Origin: Candidatus Iainarchaeum sp.
GTDB lineage: Archaea; Iainarchaeota; Iainarchaeia; Iainarchaeales; VGJJ01
Assembly: GCA_016699555.1 (NCBI GenBank)
Contig: CP064981.1
Coordinates: forward strand, 554,558-618,557
Direction of reading: 5' to 3'
Length of the DNA: 64,000 bases
This document shows, in pieces, positions 1 to 9,599 of this stretch; the first letter of the stretch is position 1, and each line of letters opens with the position of its first letter. The translations under genes and the position numbers were made by a program. Below the pieces are notes generated by a model. It was not told where the DNA came from, did no database searches, and saw only the letters and a program-made list of their open reading frames with translations.

Positions 1-525
1 CTTGTACAATGCAATGGAATCCTTGATGATCTGCTTCGCCTCTGCCGCGCCCTTCCATCCCAACACTTCCACTTTCTTCTTCTCGAGCAATTTGTAAGTG
101 GCGAAGAAGTTGGCGATTTCATCCAAGGTGTGCTGGGGAACGTCCTTGATGTCCTTCACGTGCGCAAAGCGCGGATCGTCTTTCGGGACGCACAAAATCT
201 TATCGTCCTTCTCTCCTTTGTCGAGCATGTGCATCACAGCGATGGGCCTGCCTTCCACCAAGACGCCGGGATGGAATGGATTCGTGGAAAGGAAAATGGC
301 ATCCGCGGGATCGCCGTCTTCGCACAGCGTGTTGGGGATGAACCCATAATCGCCGGGATAAAAGACACTCGAAAAGAGGACACGGTCCAATTTCACTAAT
401 CCCAATTCCTTGTCGAATTCATATTTGTTGTTGCTGCCCTTGGGGCATTCAATGATGACATTGATGACCTCGGGGGCCTTGCTGCCATAACCAACTGTTG
501 AAACGTCCATGCGGAATCCCTCCAT
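1..525 (-). CDS. ppa: inorganic pyrophosphatase (family I), partial - 3' end runs off window start
   Basis: Reverse-strand translation from ATG (523-525; second ATG 508-510) gives MEGFRMDVSTVGYGSKAPEVINVIIECPKGSNNKYEFDKELGLVKLDRVLFSSVFYPGDYGFIPNTLCEDGDPADAIFL...KDDPRFAHVKDIKDVPQHTLDEIANFFATYKLLEKKK. This carries soluble-PPase signature blocks (KYE.DK, DRVL, YPxDYGFIPxT, DGDPxD, FFxxYK). The frame is open to position 1; absent from the ORF table because no stop falls in the window. Confidence 0.8.
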   Translation of the reverse strand, partial: MEGFRMDVSTVGYGSKAPEVINVIIECPKGSNNKYEFDKELGLVKLDRVLFSSVFYPGDYGFIPNTLCEDGDPADAIFLSTNPFHPGVLVEGRPIAVMHMLDKGEKDDKILCVPKDDPRFAHVKDIKDVPQHTLDEIANFFATYKLLEKKKVEVLGWKGAAEAKQIIKDSIALYK

Positions 526-618
526 GCGATACTACTCCCGTGGAGAATGGGGATTTAAACCCTCTTTTCGGCGGTTTATTTTGCGTATGCATTTATTCCT
601 TCCCATCGTATTACGTGC

Positions 619-1005
619 ATGAAATACATCCCCGCTCCCGAATGGACGCAAAAGACCCATGAGTTGGTGGCGCGCCTGGAGATGAAACATGTCATGACCG
701 ATCGCGTCATCTGCTTCAAATCCGAAGGATCGCAATCCCGTCGCACGATTGCACGCATCCATACGATGCCCAAGATCATCCAGATGGGGATCAACCAACC
801 CCCATTCTATGCCATCGAACTCATCTCCGAGCGCTTCGACAAGCAGAGCGAGGAAGAAAAGATCAAGACGCTCATCCATGAGCTCATGCACATCCCCCAT
901 TCATTCAATGGCGGTTTTCGTTCGCATAAACCTTTTGTGACGCATGCCAAAGTCAACGCCATGTATGCGCGCTATCAGTCCCAGGCCCAGTTGTTGTTGC
1001 CCTAG
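619..1005 (+). CDS. hypothetical protein with HExxH motif (putative metal-dependent hydrolase)
   Basis: 128-aa ORF containing LIHELMHIPHSF (HExxH..H). Preferred over the overlapping minus-strand ORF 532-900, which has no recognisable features. Confidence 0.4.
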   Translation: MKYIPAPEWTQKTHELVARLEMKHVMTDRVICFKSEGSQSRRTIARIHTMPKIIQMGINQPPFYAIELISERFDKQSEEEKIKTLIHELMHIPHSFNGGFRSHKPFVTHAKVNAMYARYQSQAQLLLP

Positions 1006-1056
1006 CGGGCAAGCTCTTTCTCTCCACCCATCAACCAGATTCGGACATAACGCAGG

Positions 1057-1064
1057 ATATAAAT
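1057..1064 (+). promoter_or_regulatory. TATA-box-like element (atataaat) 23 nt upstream of the leuS ATG
   Basis: A/T octamer at the canonical archaeal spacing for a leaderless or short-leader transcript; a GGAGGT also lies 8 nt upstream of the ATG. Confidence 0.4.
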
Positions 1065-1086
1065 CCCTTTGGGAGGTCTTACTCAT

Positions 1087-3795
1087 ATGGAACCGCAAAA
1101 GCAACAGGACATCACACGTGCTTGGAAGCAGCACCAGGTCTTCGAACCAAAAGAGATCGCGGAAAAAGACAAATACTACGTCACGCAGCCCTATCCCTAT
1201 CCCACTGGGCCGCTGCACGTGGGGCATGGAAGGACGTACACCACTACTGATGTGCTCACGCGCTTCGCACGCATCCAAGGAAAGAACGTACTCTGGCCGA
1301 TGGCCTTCCATGTAACGGGGACGCCCGTTCTTGCGATTGCCGACCAGGTCAAGCGCAAAGATGCGGACGCCATGCAGATGTATCGTGGTTACATCGGCAT
1401 CTATGAAAAAAATCCCGAAAAAGTAGAGCAGATCCTCCACTCGTTCGAGGACCCCAAAAAAATTGTGGCATTCTTCGGGAGCGTCATCGAAAAGGATTTC
1501 GATGCGATGGGTTACTCCATCGATTGGAGAAAACAATTCACGACCATGGATCCCTATTACCAGCAATTCGTCCAGTGGCAATTCCACAAATTCAAGGAAA
1601 AAGGGGCATTGGTAAAAGGAAAATATCCCATCCTCTATTCGGCCGTGGATGGAAATGCTGTGGGAGAAGACGACATCAAGGATGGGGACACTGACAAAGT
1701 CGCCATCACGGAATTCCAACTCATCAAATTTCCGCTCGCAAACGATCCCCACACATTCATCGTCGTCGCGACGCTCCGACCCGACACGCTTTTCGGCATC
1801 ACCAACATCTGGGTCAACCCCTCCTTGGAATACGTCAAAGCCGAAGTCAATGGAGAAAAATGGATCATCGCCAAAAACGCCATCGAAAAACTCAAGCTGC
1901 AACAAAAGACAATCGGCGATATCGCGGCTGTTCCGGCACATGAGTTGGCGCATAAAGACGCATTGCACCCGCTCGATGCGCATATGCACATTCCCATTCT
2001 CCCCACTACTTTCGTCAATGCCGAGAAAGGAACAGGCATTGTATGTTCCGTTCCGGGCCACGCCCCATTCGATTTCATGGCACTCGAAGAAGCCAAGAAA
2101 CTCGGCGATGCGACGGCGCAACGCATCCATCCCAAATACATCATTGCCCACCCCAATGGATTCGAGATGCGCAAATTCTTGGACACTTTCAAGGTCCAGA
2201 GCATGAACGACCGCACCCAATTGCAGCAGGCAACGGAAGCGATCTACAAGATCGAATTCTATGAGTGCCGCACCAATGGCGAAAATGGGCCTCTCTCCAA
2301 TATGTCCGTGCGCGGGGCCAAGGACAAATCGGTCGAGCTGTTGAAGGCCGTCAATCGGTGGGATCGCATCTACGAGCCATCGCGCAAGGCATTGACGCGC
2401 GCAGGGAACCCCGTTGTAGTGGCCATCCTTTCCGACCAATGGTTCTTGGACTACACCTCAAAGGAATGGAAAGAGAAAGCCCATCGCTGTCTCAATCGCA
2501 TGCGCATCTTCCCCGAAAAATACGCCAAGACGCTGCATGACTCCATCGATTGGCTGGAACAGCGCCCGTGCATCCGCAAGCGCGGACTCGGAACCCCTTT
2601 CCCTTTTCTGGGAGGGTGGATGATCGAGCCGTTGTCCGACTCCACGCTCTACATGCTCTTCTACCTCTGCATCGAGACCCTGCGCGAGAATGGAATGAAG
2701 CCTGAGGATTTGGATGAGGCATTCTTCGACGCCGCCATTTTGGGAAAAGCGCTCCCGCAAGGGGATGCACGCAGCGCTGCCGCGCAAGAGATCCATGGGA
2801 AGCTGCAGTACTGGTATCCCAATGACATCCGCCATACCGCGCCCGCACACATCCAGAACCACTCCTCTTTCTGGATCCTCGCGCACACGCTGTTATTGCC
2901 CGAAGAATGGTGGCCACGCGCGGCATCGTTCAATGAGATGATGATCCGGAACGGGCAGAAGATGTCCAAGTCCAAGGGCAACATCATCCCCCTCATCGAC
3001 GCCGTCCAAAAATTCGGCCCGGATTTGATGCGCCTCTACACGATCGCGTCTTCCTCGCTCGAACGAACGGCCGACTGGAAGGATGAGCAAGTCCCGCAAG
3101 TCGAAAACAAACTCAATGAGCTGGAGAAAGTCCTCCGTCAAGGATTGGATTTCATCCGCAAGGGCGGAGCGGACTTCATGATCCAACTGGATGCAGCCAC
3201 GAACACGGCGGTGAGCATGAAGAATACCTCTGCGACTCCGCAACAGTTCTGGCTCAAAGAAAAGATCATGCAGCGCTTGGGAGAAAGCTATGAGGCGTAT
3301 GCGCAGATGGACTACAAGATGGCCGCGCAAAAGGCATTCTTCGAACCACTGAATGACATCAAGCAATTCAAGAAAGTCTTTGCGGAAGACGAGAGCTTTG
3401 CCGTTTCGCTCGTCTTGAAGCGCTGGCTGATCATGATTACGCCCATCGCTCCCTTCCTCGCGGAACAGTTGTGGAAAGAAGCCGGTTTTCCCGGATTCGC
3501 TTCTGCACAACACTTGGAGCAGCCCGAAGGCAAGCCCGCGAAAGAAGTCCAAGAGCGCGTGGATGCGGTCGAGAAGATCTTAGGAGACGTCGAGCGCGTG
3601 CGCAAGCTCGCGAAAGGCAATCCCAAGACGTTGTACATCTATTCCATTGATGCGCAGGAAACGGAATGGATCGAAGCGGCAAAGGCACAAATAGAAAAGT
3701 ATGCCCTGCTGCAGGTCAAGATCAACGACGCCCACGACCCACTCGGGAAAAAAGCCAAAGCGCAGAAAGGAAAAGCTGCGCTTTACTTGGAGTGA
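1087..3795 (+). CDS. leuS: leucyl-tRNA synthetase, archaeal/eukaryal type
   Basis: 902 aa from MEPQKQQDI. HIGH region YPYPTGPLHVGHGRTYTTTDV, KMSKS region NGQKMSKSKGN. Long collinear blocks recalled from archaeal LeuRS (WVNPSLEYVKAEV; SDQWFLDYTSKEWKEK...IDWLEQRPCIRKRGLGTPFP; IEPLSDSTLYM). Confidence 0.95.
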   Translation: MEPQKQQDITRAWKQHQVFEPKEIAEKDKYYVTQPYPYPTGPLHVGHGRTYTTTDVLTRFARIQGKNVLWPMAFHVTGTPVLAIADQVKRKDADAMQMYRGYIGIYEKNPEKVEQILHSFEDPKKIVAFFGSVIEKDFDAMGYSIDWRKQFTTMDPYYQQFVQWQFHKFKEKGALVKGKYPILYSAVDGNAVGEDDIKDGDTDKVAITEFQLIKFPLANDPHTFIVVATLRPDTLFGITNIWVNPSLEYVKAEVNGEKWIIAKNAIEKLKLQQKTIGDIAAVPAHELAHKDALHPLDAHMHIPILPTTFVNAEKGTGIVCSVPGHAPFDFMALEEAKKLGDATAQRIHPKYIIAHPNGFEMRKFLDTFKVQSMNDRTQLQQATEAIYKIEFYECRTNGENGPLSNMSVRGAKDKSVELLKAVNRWDRIYEPSRKALTRAGNPVVVAILSDQWFLDYTSKEWKEKAHRCLNRMRIFPEKYAKTLHDSIDWLEQRPCIRKRGLGTPFPFLGGWMIEPLSDSTLYMLFYLCIETLRENGMKPEDLDEAFFDAAILGKALPQGDARSAAAQEIHGKLQYWYPNDIRHTAPAHIQNHSSFWILAHTLLLPEEWWPRAASFNEMMIRNGQKMSKSKGNIIPLIDAVQKFGPDLMRLYTIASSSLERTADWKDEQVPQVENKLNELEKVLRQGLDFIRKGGADFMIQLDAATNTAVSMKNTSATPQQFWLKEKIMQRLGESYEAYAQMDYKMAAQKAFFEPLNDIKQFKKVFAEDESFAVSLVLKRWLIMITPIAPFLAEQLWKEAGFPGFASAQHLEQPEGKPAKEVQERVDAVEKILGDVERVRKLAKGNPKTLYIYSIDAQETEWIEAAKAQIEKYALLQVKINDAHDPLGKKAKAQKGKAALYLE

Positions 3796-3852
3796 CGATA
3801 GCTATATTTACCCGAAGTTTGTGCTATCGAGAAACTTGCCTGATGGGTTACT

Positions 3853-5199
3853 ATGGTTTCCACTTTTAAGGGATTAGGAAAATACCCGTTTGGGAGATCC
3901 CTGCGGTTTGTGATTGGCCGTACCGGGCATTCGAGGGCCCGTCCCAAAAAATTATCTCCCGCTAATGGCCTGAAGCAGGTATCCGAGGAGTTACAGCGAC
4001 GAATTGATTTGGCCGAAAGAGATGGTAAGAATAAGCGTTTCGTGAAGAGTTGGAAACGCATGCACGTGCTCATCGAAGCCATACGTCAGCTCCCACTTCC
4101 AATTCAGCAACGATTTCCATTCGATGCCACTCATGTATTGGCCGCTAGCGGTTTGACTCATGGGATCGGGAAAAAAGAATTGAGCGAACAGCTCAGCGCG
4201 CTGCGTTACCTGCAACGACATGCTTCACGCCACGGAATCAAGATAGTCAAGGATGTCAATCTAGGCCTGATTACCACCGTGAATCGCGATACCGTGCAAC
4301 GCTTGGATACGTGGATGAGCCGTCAAGCAAAACCCATTCGTGTTGCCGATGCAGTGAATGAATTGCAACTCCCGCGTCACATGGTCTATCACGCGATTAC
4401 CGTGCTTCATCAAATGGGATTGGTCAAACGTACTCGTTTGCGCTCGTCGGGGAAAAATAATGCTATTTATCAATTCACGACGGCGCATCCGGAAAAGAAA
4501 GAAACAGCTGCACAGAAAAAGGAAAAGATCCCACGTGCAAAAAGAGGATCGAAGATGCAATTATGGAATCGGAGACTCAGCGAGACAGAAAGAAATGAGA
4601 TCGACATGTGGCTGAAACGCAATATTGGTCTCGTTCACCACGCCGCCAATAGATTCTATTACAAACATCGGAACTTCTTGGGTCGTATCGGGTATGGTCA
4701 AGAGGATTTACTGGGAGTAGCGTTATTTGCGGTCCAAAAAGCATTCCTTACGTTCGAACCCGAGCGTGGCATCAAGTTTTCTACTTTCGCGTTCAAATGC
4801 ATGCAAAATGAATTAGTTCATCTCGTGCGACGTTACGACTCCGAAAAACGCGGAAAAGATGCCGTTTCTTTGAGTGAAGTGCGTGAATACAAGGGAGCCC
4901 GTACTGGCACGCTGCTCGATCGCATCGTAATCGAACAGGCGAAACCATTACTCTCTGCGGATGCCCGTGCTGCACTGCGCGAGGCCGTTTCTGCTTCGAA
5001 TCTCACGGATATCCAACGCCTGGTAATTGAACGTCGATTCGGATTAGATGGCAAAGCGGCATCGGCGTTACGGGAGATCGGGAAGGAAAGAGGTGTTTCG
5101 GGCGAGCGCATCCGTCAAATAGAATCCGCGGCTCTAACCCGATTGGCCGAGAATCCCAAAATCCGGAAAATTTTTATGGATTATCTAGGGAATGAGTGA
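3853..5199 (+). CDS. sigma-70 family protein (regions 2 and 4) with about 250-aa N-terminal wHTH-like extension; compositionally atypical
   Basis: C-terminal half matches sigma-70 region 2 (NIGLVHHAANRFYY...GQEDLLGVALFAVQKAFLTFEPERGIKFSTFAFKCMQNELV) and region 4.2 HTH (LTDIQRLVIERRFGLDGKAASALREIGKERGVSGERIRQIESAALTRLAE). Arg codons are CGT/CGA/AGA-rich and TTA Leu is frequent, against CGC/CTC dominance in leuS and smc. A tatattta element lies at 3803-3810. Confidence 0.7.
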   Translation: MVSTFKGLGKYPFGRSLRFVIGRTGHSRARPKKLSPANGLKQVSEELQRRIDLAERDGKNKRFVKSWKRMHVLIEAIRQLPLPIQQRFPFDATHVLAASGLTHGIGKKELSEQLSALRYLQRHASRHGIKIVKDVNLGLITTVNRDTVQRLDTWMSRQAKPIRVADAVNELQLPRHMVYHAITVLHQMGLVKRTRLRSSGKNNAIYQFTTAHPEKKETAAQKKEKIPRAKRGSKMQLWNRRLSETERNEIDMWLKRNIGLVHHAANRFYYKHRNFLGRIGYGQEDLLGVALFAVQKAFLTFEPERGIKFSTFAFKCMQNELVHLVRRYDSEKRGKDAVSLSEVREYKGARTGTLLDRIVIEQAKPLLSADARAALREAVSASNLTDIQRLVIERRFGLDGKAASALREIGKERGVSGERIRQIESAALTRLAENPKIRKIFMDYLGNE

Positions 5200-5211
5200 C
5201 ATGTTGGGGCG

Positions 5212-6929
5212 CTACATCTCCTGCAGCGTCTCGATGTTCAGGCAGAACATGCCTTCTTCCAGCACGCAATTGACCGCTTTCACGAGTGCCAAGCGGGCGG
5301 ATTCCAATTCCTTATTCTCTTGGATGACGGCCGTCTCGTGGTAATAGGAATTGAACGTGTTCGCGAGATCCAAGATGTACTGCACCAGGATGTGCGGGGA
5401 ATAATGCGCCGTGGAATCAGCGAACACATCCGCTTTTTTTGCGAGCAGATACAGCAATGCCTTTTCTTTTTCCGTTGCTAGTATGTGCGCGAGCGCTTCA
5501 TTGGGCTTCGCATCCGACTTTCGCATGAGCGAGTAGGTGCGCGCCAGTGTGTAGAGCACATACGGCCCGGTCTGTCCGTCGAAGGAAAGGCTTTCCTGGG
5601 GATTGTACTCGATGGGCTTCTTCGCATCCTGGCGCGTCATGAAGAACTTGATGGCGGAAAGCGCGACCACGCGAGCGCGATTCCCTATGACGGACTCGCT
5701 CATCTCGGGATTGCGCTTCAGCAATTCGTCGCGGGCCAAGCGATAGACCTCATGGAATGCTTCGTCGGCATTGAACGCCTCCCCTGCGCGCGAGGACATC
5801 TTTCCCCGCCGGGTTTTTCGATCAGTCCATAAGAGAGGTGATAGCACTGTCGCGCTTGCGGGACTCCCAACAATTGCAGGATCGCGAACAACTGCTGGAA
5901 GTGCAGGTCCTGCTCGCTGCCGACGACATAGATGATCTTGCCCAATTCGGGATAGTCCCTGAAACGCTGCTGCGCGAGATAGATGTCCTGCGTCACATAC
6001 ATCGTCGTGCCGTCCGAGCGCAACACCACCTTATCGGGGAGGCCGAACGACTTCAGCGGGGCGGCGATGGCTCCATTCTCGAGCTTGATGAATTTCCCGC
6101 TTTCATAGGCGGCGAGCGCGATATTTTTTCCCTTGTCATAGATCATGGACTCATAGTAGTTCTTGTCGAACTGGATCCCGAAAAGGCGATAGCTCTGCTG
6201 CACGCCCTCGAACCACCAGGCGTTCATCTTCTCCCATAGTTCGCGTACAGTGGGATCGTCCTGTTCCCAGCGCTGGAGCATGAATTGGGCTTCTTCTTCG
6301 AGCTTGGGATCGGCATCGGCTTTCTGCTTGAACAAGACATAGTATTTCCCCACGAAATAATCTCCCTTCATGTCGATGCTTTGGGGCGTCTCTCCTTTGC
6401 CGAAGCGCTGATAGGCCAGCATGCTCTTGCAGATGTGCACGCCGCGATCGTTAATGATCTGCGCGCGCAACACGCGATGGCCTTGGTGCTCGAGCAAGCG
6501 CGCGATGCTCTCCCCTAAGGCCATATTACGCACGTGTCCGAGGTGCAGGGGCTTATTGGTGTTCGGGGAAACAAATTCTACCATGACCTGCTGCGCATCC
6601 TTTCCGGGGATTTTGGGCGCAGCAACGGCAGAAGCAAGAATATCCTTGTTCATCTGCTTCTCGTCGAGAAAAATATTGATGTAAGGCCCCACACTCTCGA
6701 AGCGGAAATTGTCCGTGGAGAGATTCAGCTCATTCGCCAGCTTTTCCGCATACACGGGGGGCTTTTCCCCTTTGGGAGTAAAGCGAAAAACGGGCAGGGT
6801 GAGGTGTCCGAATTTGGGATCGGTAGGCTGTGAAATGAAACCCACAATGGTCGTCTTTCCGGGGCTATTGCCCAGCAGCAGTCCGTCGACGAGTTCGGCG
6901 ACTCTTTCCTTTGCTTGGGCCAGGGACAT
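5212..6929 (-). CDS. argS: arginyl-tRNA synthetase, reading frame broken by a 1-nt deletion in an A5 (T5 on plus) run near 5814-5818
   Basis: ORF 5718-6929 has the ArgRS catalytic core (FVSPNTNKPLHLGHVRNMALGESIARLLEHQGHRV). ORF 5212-5847, in another frame, has GKMSSRAGE (KMSKS-like) and the DALR anticodon-binding C-terminus ending ...LNIETLQEM. Reading ctgatcgaaaaa(a)cccggcgg with one extra A yields a continuous LIEKTRRGKMSS. Confidence 0.85.
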
Positions 6930-7818
6930 ACCTAAATGATGCGGGCGAATGGAGTTTTAAACCTGCATCCAGGAGATGCGACTCGAGGGCGAATAGGACT
7001 CCCACGACTGCCACCATGACCCCACCCAACAACGTGAGCGGGGGCAAGACCTCATGGAAATAAGCCACGCTGAGGAGGATCGTCCCGATCGTCGTGACGA
7101 TGAGATCCATCATCGAAATCACGTGCACGCGCAGCTTCCCGAGCGCGATGTTGTAGAAGAGGTAGCCGAAGCCCGTGGAGACAACGCCTAATCCTATCAG
7201 CACGGGCCAGTCCAGCGTGGGGACGTTGAACAATCCCTTATCGAAGCCGAAGGGAAGCAGGAAGAGCGAGGCGAATCCCATGAACCAGGCCACGTCTCCC
7301 AGGGAATGGTGCTTATCCGCCTTTCGCGCATACACGGTCATCAATGCATAGCTCGTGCCCGAAATCAACGCCAAGAAATTGCCGATGATGCTCTGTCCCG
7401 TGAAGGGATTGATGAGTGCGATCCCGATAACCCCCAGAATGGTCAGCAACACATTATTGCGCGAGAACTTCTCTCGCAACAAGAACAATGCCGCAAGGGG
7501 TGCAACGAAGACATGCACGTAATTCAAGAAATACACATCCGTGAGCGGCGCCAGCGTCAAAGCGACATTGAATGTGAGCATCGTGAGCGCGAGCAGGAAA
7601 CCCACTATCGCATAGTCGCGCAAATCCCGCAGCGAGACCTTCCAGAATTCCTTGTCGAGGAAATGCGCCACTATGAGTAAGAAAATGAACGCGAAGAAGG
7701 CGCGGTAGAACGAGATGAGTTCGATGGCGATCGTGTCATGCAAGAGGCGCACGAACAATCCGATCGTGAGCAAGCACAGGATCGAGAGGAGCGCAGAGAA
7801 GTAATAGCGTTTGATCAT
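6865..7818 (-). CDS. EamA/DMT-family membrane transporter (about 10 TM helices)
   Basis: Highly hydrophobic 300+ aa ORF with duplicated 5-TM pattern. Start chosen at MIKRYYFSALL (atgatcaaacgc, rc of 7807-7818); the 3' end overlaps the argS start by about 60 nt. Confidence 0.65.
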   Translation of the reverse strand: MIKRYYFSALLSILCLLTIGLFVRLLHDTIAIELISFYRAFFAFIFLLIVAHFLDKEFWKVSLRDLRDYAIVGFLLALTMLTFNVALTLAPLTDVYFLNYVHVFVAPLAALFLLREKFSRNNVLLTILGVIGIALINPFTGQSIIGNFLALISGTSYALMTVYARKADKHHSLGDVAWFMGFASLFLLPFGFDKGLFNVPTLDWPVLIGLGVVSTGFGYLFYNIALGKLRVHVISMMDLIVTTIGTILLSVAYFHEVLPPLTLLGGVMVAVVGVLFALESHLLDAGLKLHSPASFRYVPGPSKGKSRRTRRRTAAGQ

Positions 7819-7883
7819 CCACGCAAGTAAAGAAGGCTCAAATATAAATGCGATTTTAATAGCCGAAGCGTTTACTCCCACGT

Positions 7884-9455
7884 ATGCCGCGTAAAGTGAT
7901 TAAACAACTGCTTCCAGGTCATCCTCATTATTGGGAAGTCGTCATGCTTCCTCCCACGACGCGTCAATTGCGTAAATTCCAGAAGCATGGGCATTTTCTG
8001 ATTGACGTTCCTAAAGGGAAGAAACCCACTCCAGAAGAAGTCGAACACGCGCGCACGCATGGGATCAAAGTCCCCCCGGTCACGGAAGGGGTGCGTGACT
8101 ACGCCCTTGAAGAGTTTTTCAAAAAAAAACTGACCCCCGAGCAAAAATCGGCGGTGTTGGGGGCAATCGAGCGCGAGATTAATCGCGCATACGCCGAAGA
8201 TGGGTCCAAATACCGTACGCGAGTGCCTCATGTAACCCCGATCGACAGCGTGCAATCCATTTTCGCGAATGCGCACATCAGTTCCATTTTCAAGAACACG
8301 ATCGAAGATCCTCGTGCCCGCGAAATCGCCGTAAAAATAGAGAGCGCTATCACGCGCGTAGGGGTCGCGTTCGTGATGCACGAACATCTGCGGGCGAAAG
8401 GCATCCATACGACGCTCCCAGAACTCGTGACCGCAGCCGTACGATTCATGAAAGAGCGTGGTCCGAAAGGAAGCGTCACCGTCGTCTCTCCGGAGTATGT
8501 TGCAGGAGTGGAACGCCAAATCCTCCAGGAGAACCTCGAGAAACGCAAGAAGGAATACGCTGCTCGCATCGCGCAGAACCGACAGGCGCGCGAAAAACTC
8601 CACCAAGTCAGGGAAATGATGGCCAATCTACTCATCCCGCGCGCGGAACGCAAGGAAATATTCCAATTCGCGCGTCAGCAATTCGCTCAAAAGGGGGGAA
8701 TTGACGCCGTCACTATCAACCGTCTTATCTACAAGCGTGCACGCCTGCATGCGATGGGTGCCATCCAAGCGGCAGGACTGAATGGCGATCGCCTCATTGG
8801 AGAAATAGGAGTCGATATGACTCCCGATGGAATGCGCCGTTTGCAGGCATTCGGAGAGATGCTGCGGGCCACTCCTCCTGAAGCCAGGCGTGAACGCATC
8901 GTCGCAATGGCGGAACAGGCGAGGCCCACTCCGAACGCAGTGACTTCTATCCCAATTCATCCGAAAGGCCCCCGGCGCGAAAAGGAAAGACGAAAACCAG
9001 TGCGTCCAGTAAAACCGCCCGTCAAAGCCACGCCTAAAAAACCAGTTGAAAAATTACCAGAAGGATTCAAGGGACTTGTCAACCATGTCGAAAGGGCGCC
9101 CCATGTGACGCATGAGATGTATGTTCGCCTGCGCGATTTGCTTTCTAATGAATCCGCCAAAAAACCAAAACAACAAAATAAGGACCTCATGCGCCGTGCG
9201 ATGCGCATCACGGTTCTTGCATATATCACGACCGAATTCAATATGTCGGGACGTCTGCATGTGGACCACCTCAAGGACAAGTACCGCAATACCCTACACC
9301 CCTTGGTGGACGAATGCGTAGCCAGTCTCGTTCACAACAATTTTTTGGAATATGAACATCATAAAGGACATTTCCGCAATGTCGCCTTGACGGAGTATGC
9401 TAAAGCACAAGGCGTCCTCGAAAAATATAATACCCGCAAAAACCAGCAAAAATGA
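7884..9455 (+). CDS. hypothetical basic protein (523 aa), Lys/Arg/Pro-rich central linker
   Basis: Long uninterrupted ORF with no recognised domain; PxKP-rich stretch KPVRPVKPPVKATPKKPVEK. Confidence 0.5.
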   Translation: MPRKVIKQLLPGHPHYWEVVMLPPTTRQLRKFQKHGHFLIDVPKGKKPTPEEVEHARTHGIKVPPVTEGVRDYALEEFFKKKLTPEQKSAVLGAIEREINRAYAEDGSKYRTRVPHVTPIDSVQSIFANAHISSIFKNTIEDPRAREIAVKIESAITRVGVAFVMHEHLRAKGIHTTLPELVTAAVRFMKERGPKGSVTVVSPEYVAGVERQILQENLEKRKKEYAARIAQNRQAREKLHQVREMMANLLIPRAERKEIFQFARQQFAQKGGIDAVTINRLIYKRARLHAMGAIQAAGLNGDRLIGEIGVDMTPDGMRRLQAFGEMLRATPPEARRERIVAMAEQARPTPNAVTSIPIHPKGPRREKERRKPVRPVKPPVKATPKKPVEKLPEGFKGLVNHVERAPHVTHEMYVRLRDLLSNESAKKPKQQNKDLMRRAMRITVLAYITTEFNMSGRLHVDHLKDKYRNTLHPLVDECVASLVHNNFLEYEHHKGHFRNVALTEYAKAQGVLEKYNTRKNQQK

Positions 9456-9486
9456 TAAACGCGAATCGCAGCGGGAGAAATCCGAA

Positions 9487-9536
9487 GGCCTGTTTCGGCA
9501 GGCCGCCTCGAGAACAGGTGTTGTGGACAACACCTG
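9487..9536 (+). repeat. structured hairpin repeat, family 1, copy D (GC stem with UUUCG-type loop + gcc-tcgagaac + variable hairpin)
   Basis: ggcctgtttcggcaggcc | gcctcgagaac | caggtgttgtggacaacacctg; same architecture as copies at 16800-16852, 23895-23946 and 26513-26565 (rc). Confidence 0.6.
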
Positions 9537-9599
9537 ATGTTTTTTCTTTTTGACTGGTCGTCTAATTTTTCTTTTTTTCCAAAAAAGAAAAAGGAGTGA

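Noticed and set aside
130-399. 89-aa plus-strand ORF at the window start
   Set aside because: Lies antisense to the clearly identifiable inorganic pyrophosphatase reading frame (1-525, minus), which has the stronger homology signal.
532-900. 122-aa minus-strand ORF
   Set aside because: Overlaps the plus-strand ORF 619-1005, which carries an HExxH motif; the minus ORF has no recognisable features and no promoter context.
1635-2216. 193-aa and 185-aa ORFs on both strands inside leuS
   Set aside because: Embedded in the well-supported leuS frame; Ser/Arg-rich low-complexity translations typical of off-frame artefacts.
7884-9455. Initially grouped this basic protein gene with the compositionally atypical set
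   Set aside because: Codon inspection shows CGC still outnumbers CGT about 2:1 and C-ending codons dominate most of the gene; only the first 100 nt look AT3-rich, so it is not clearly foreign.
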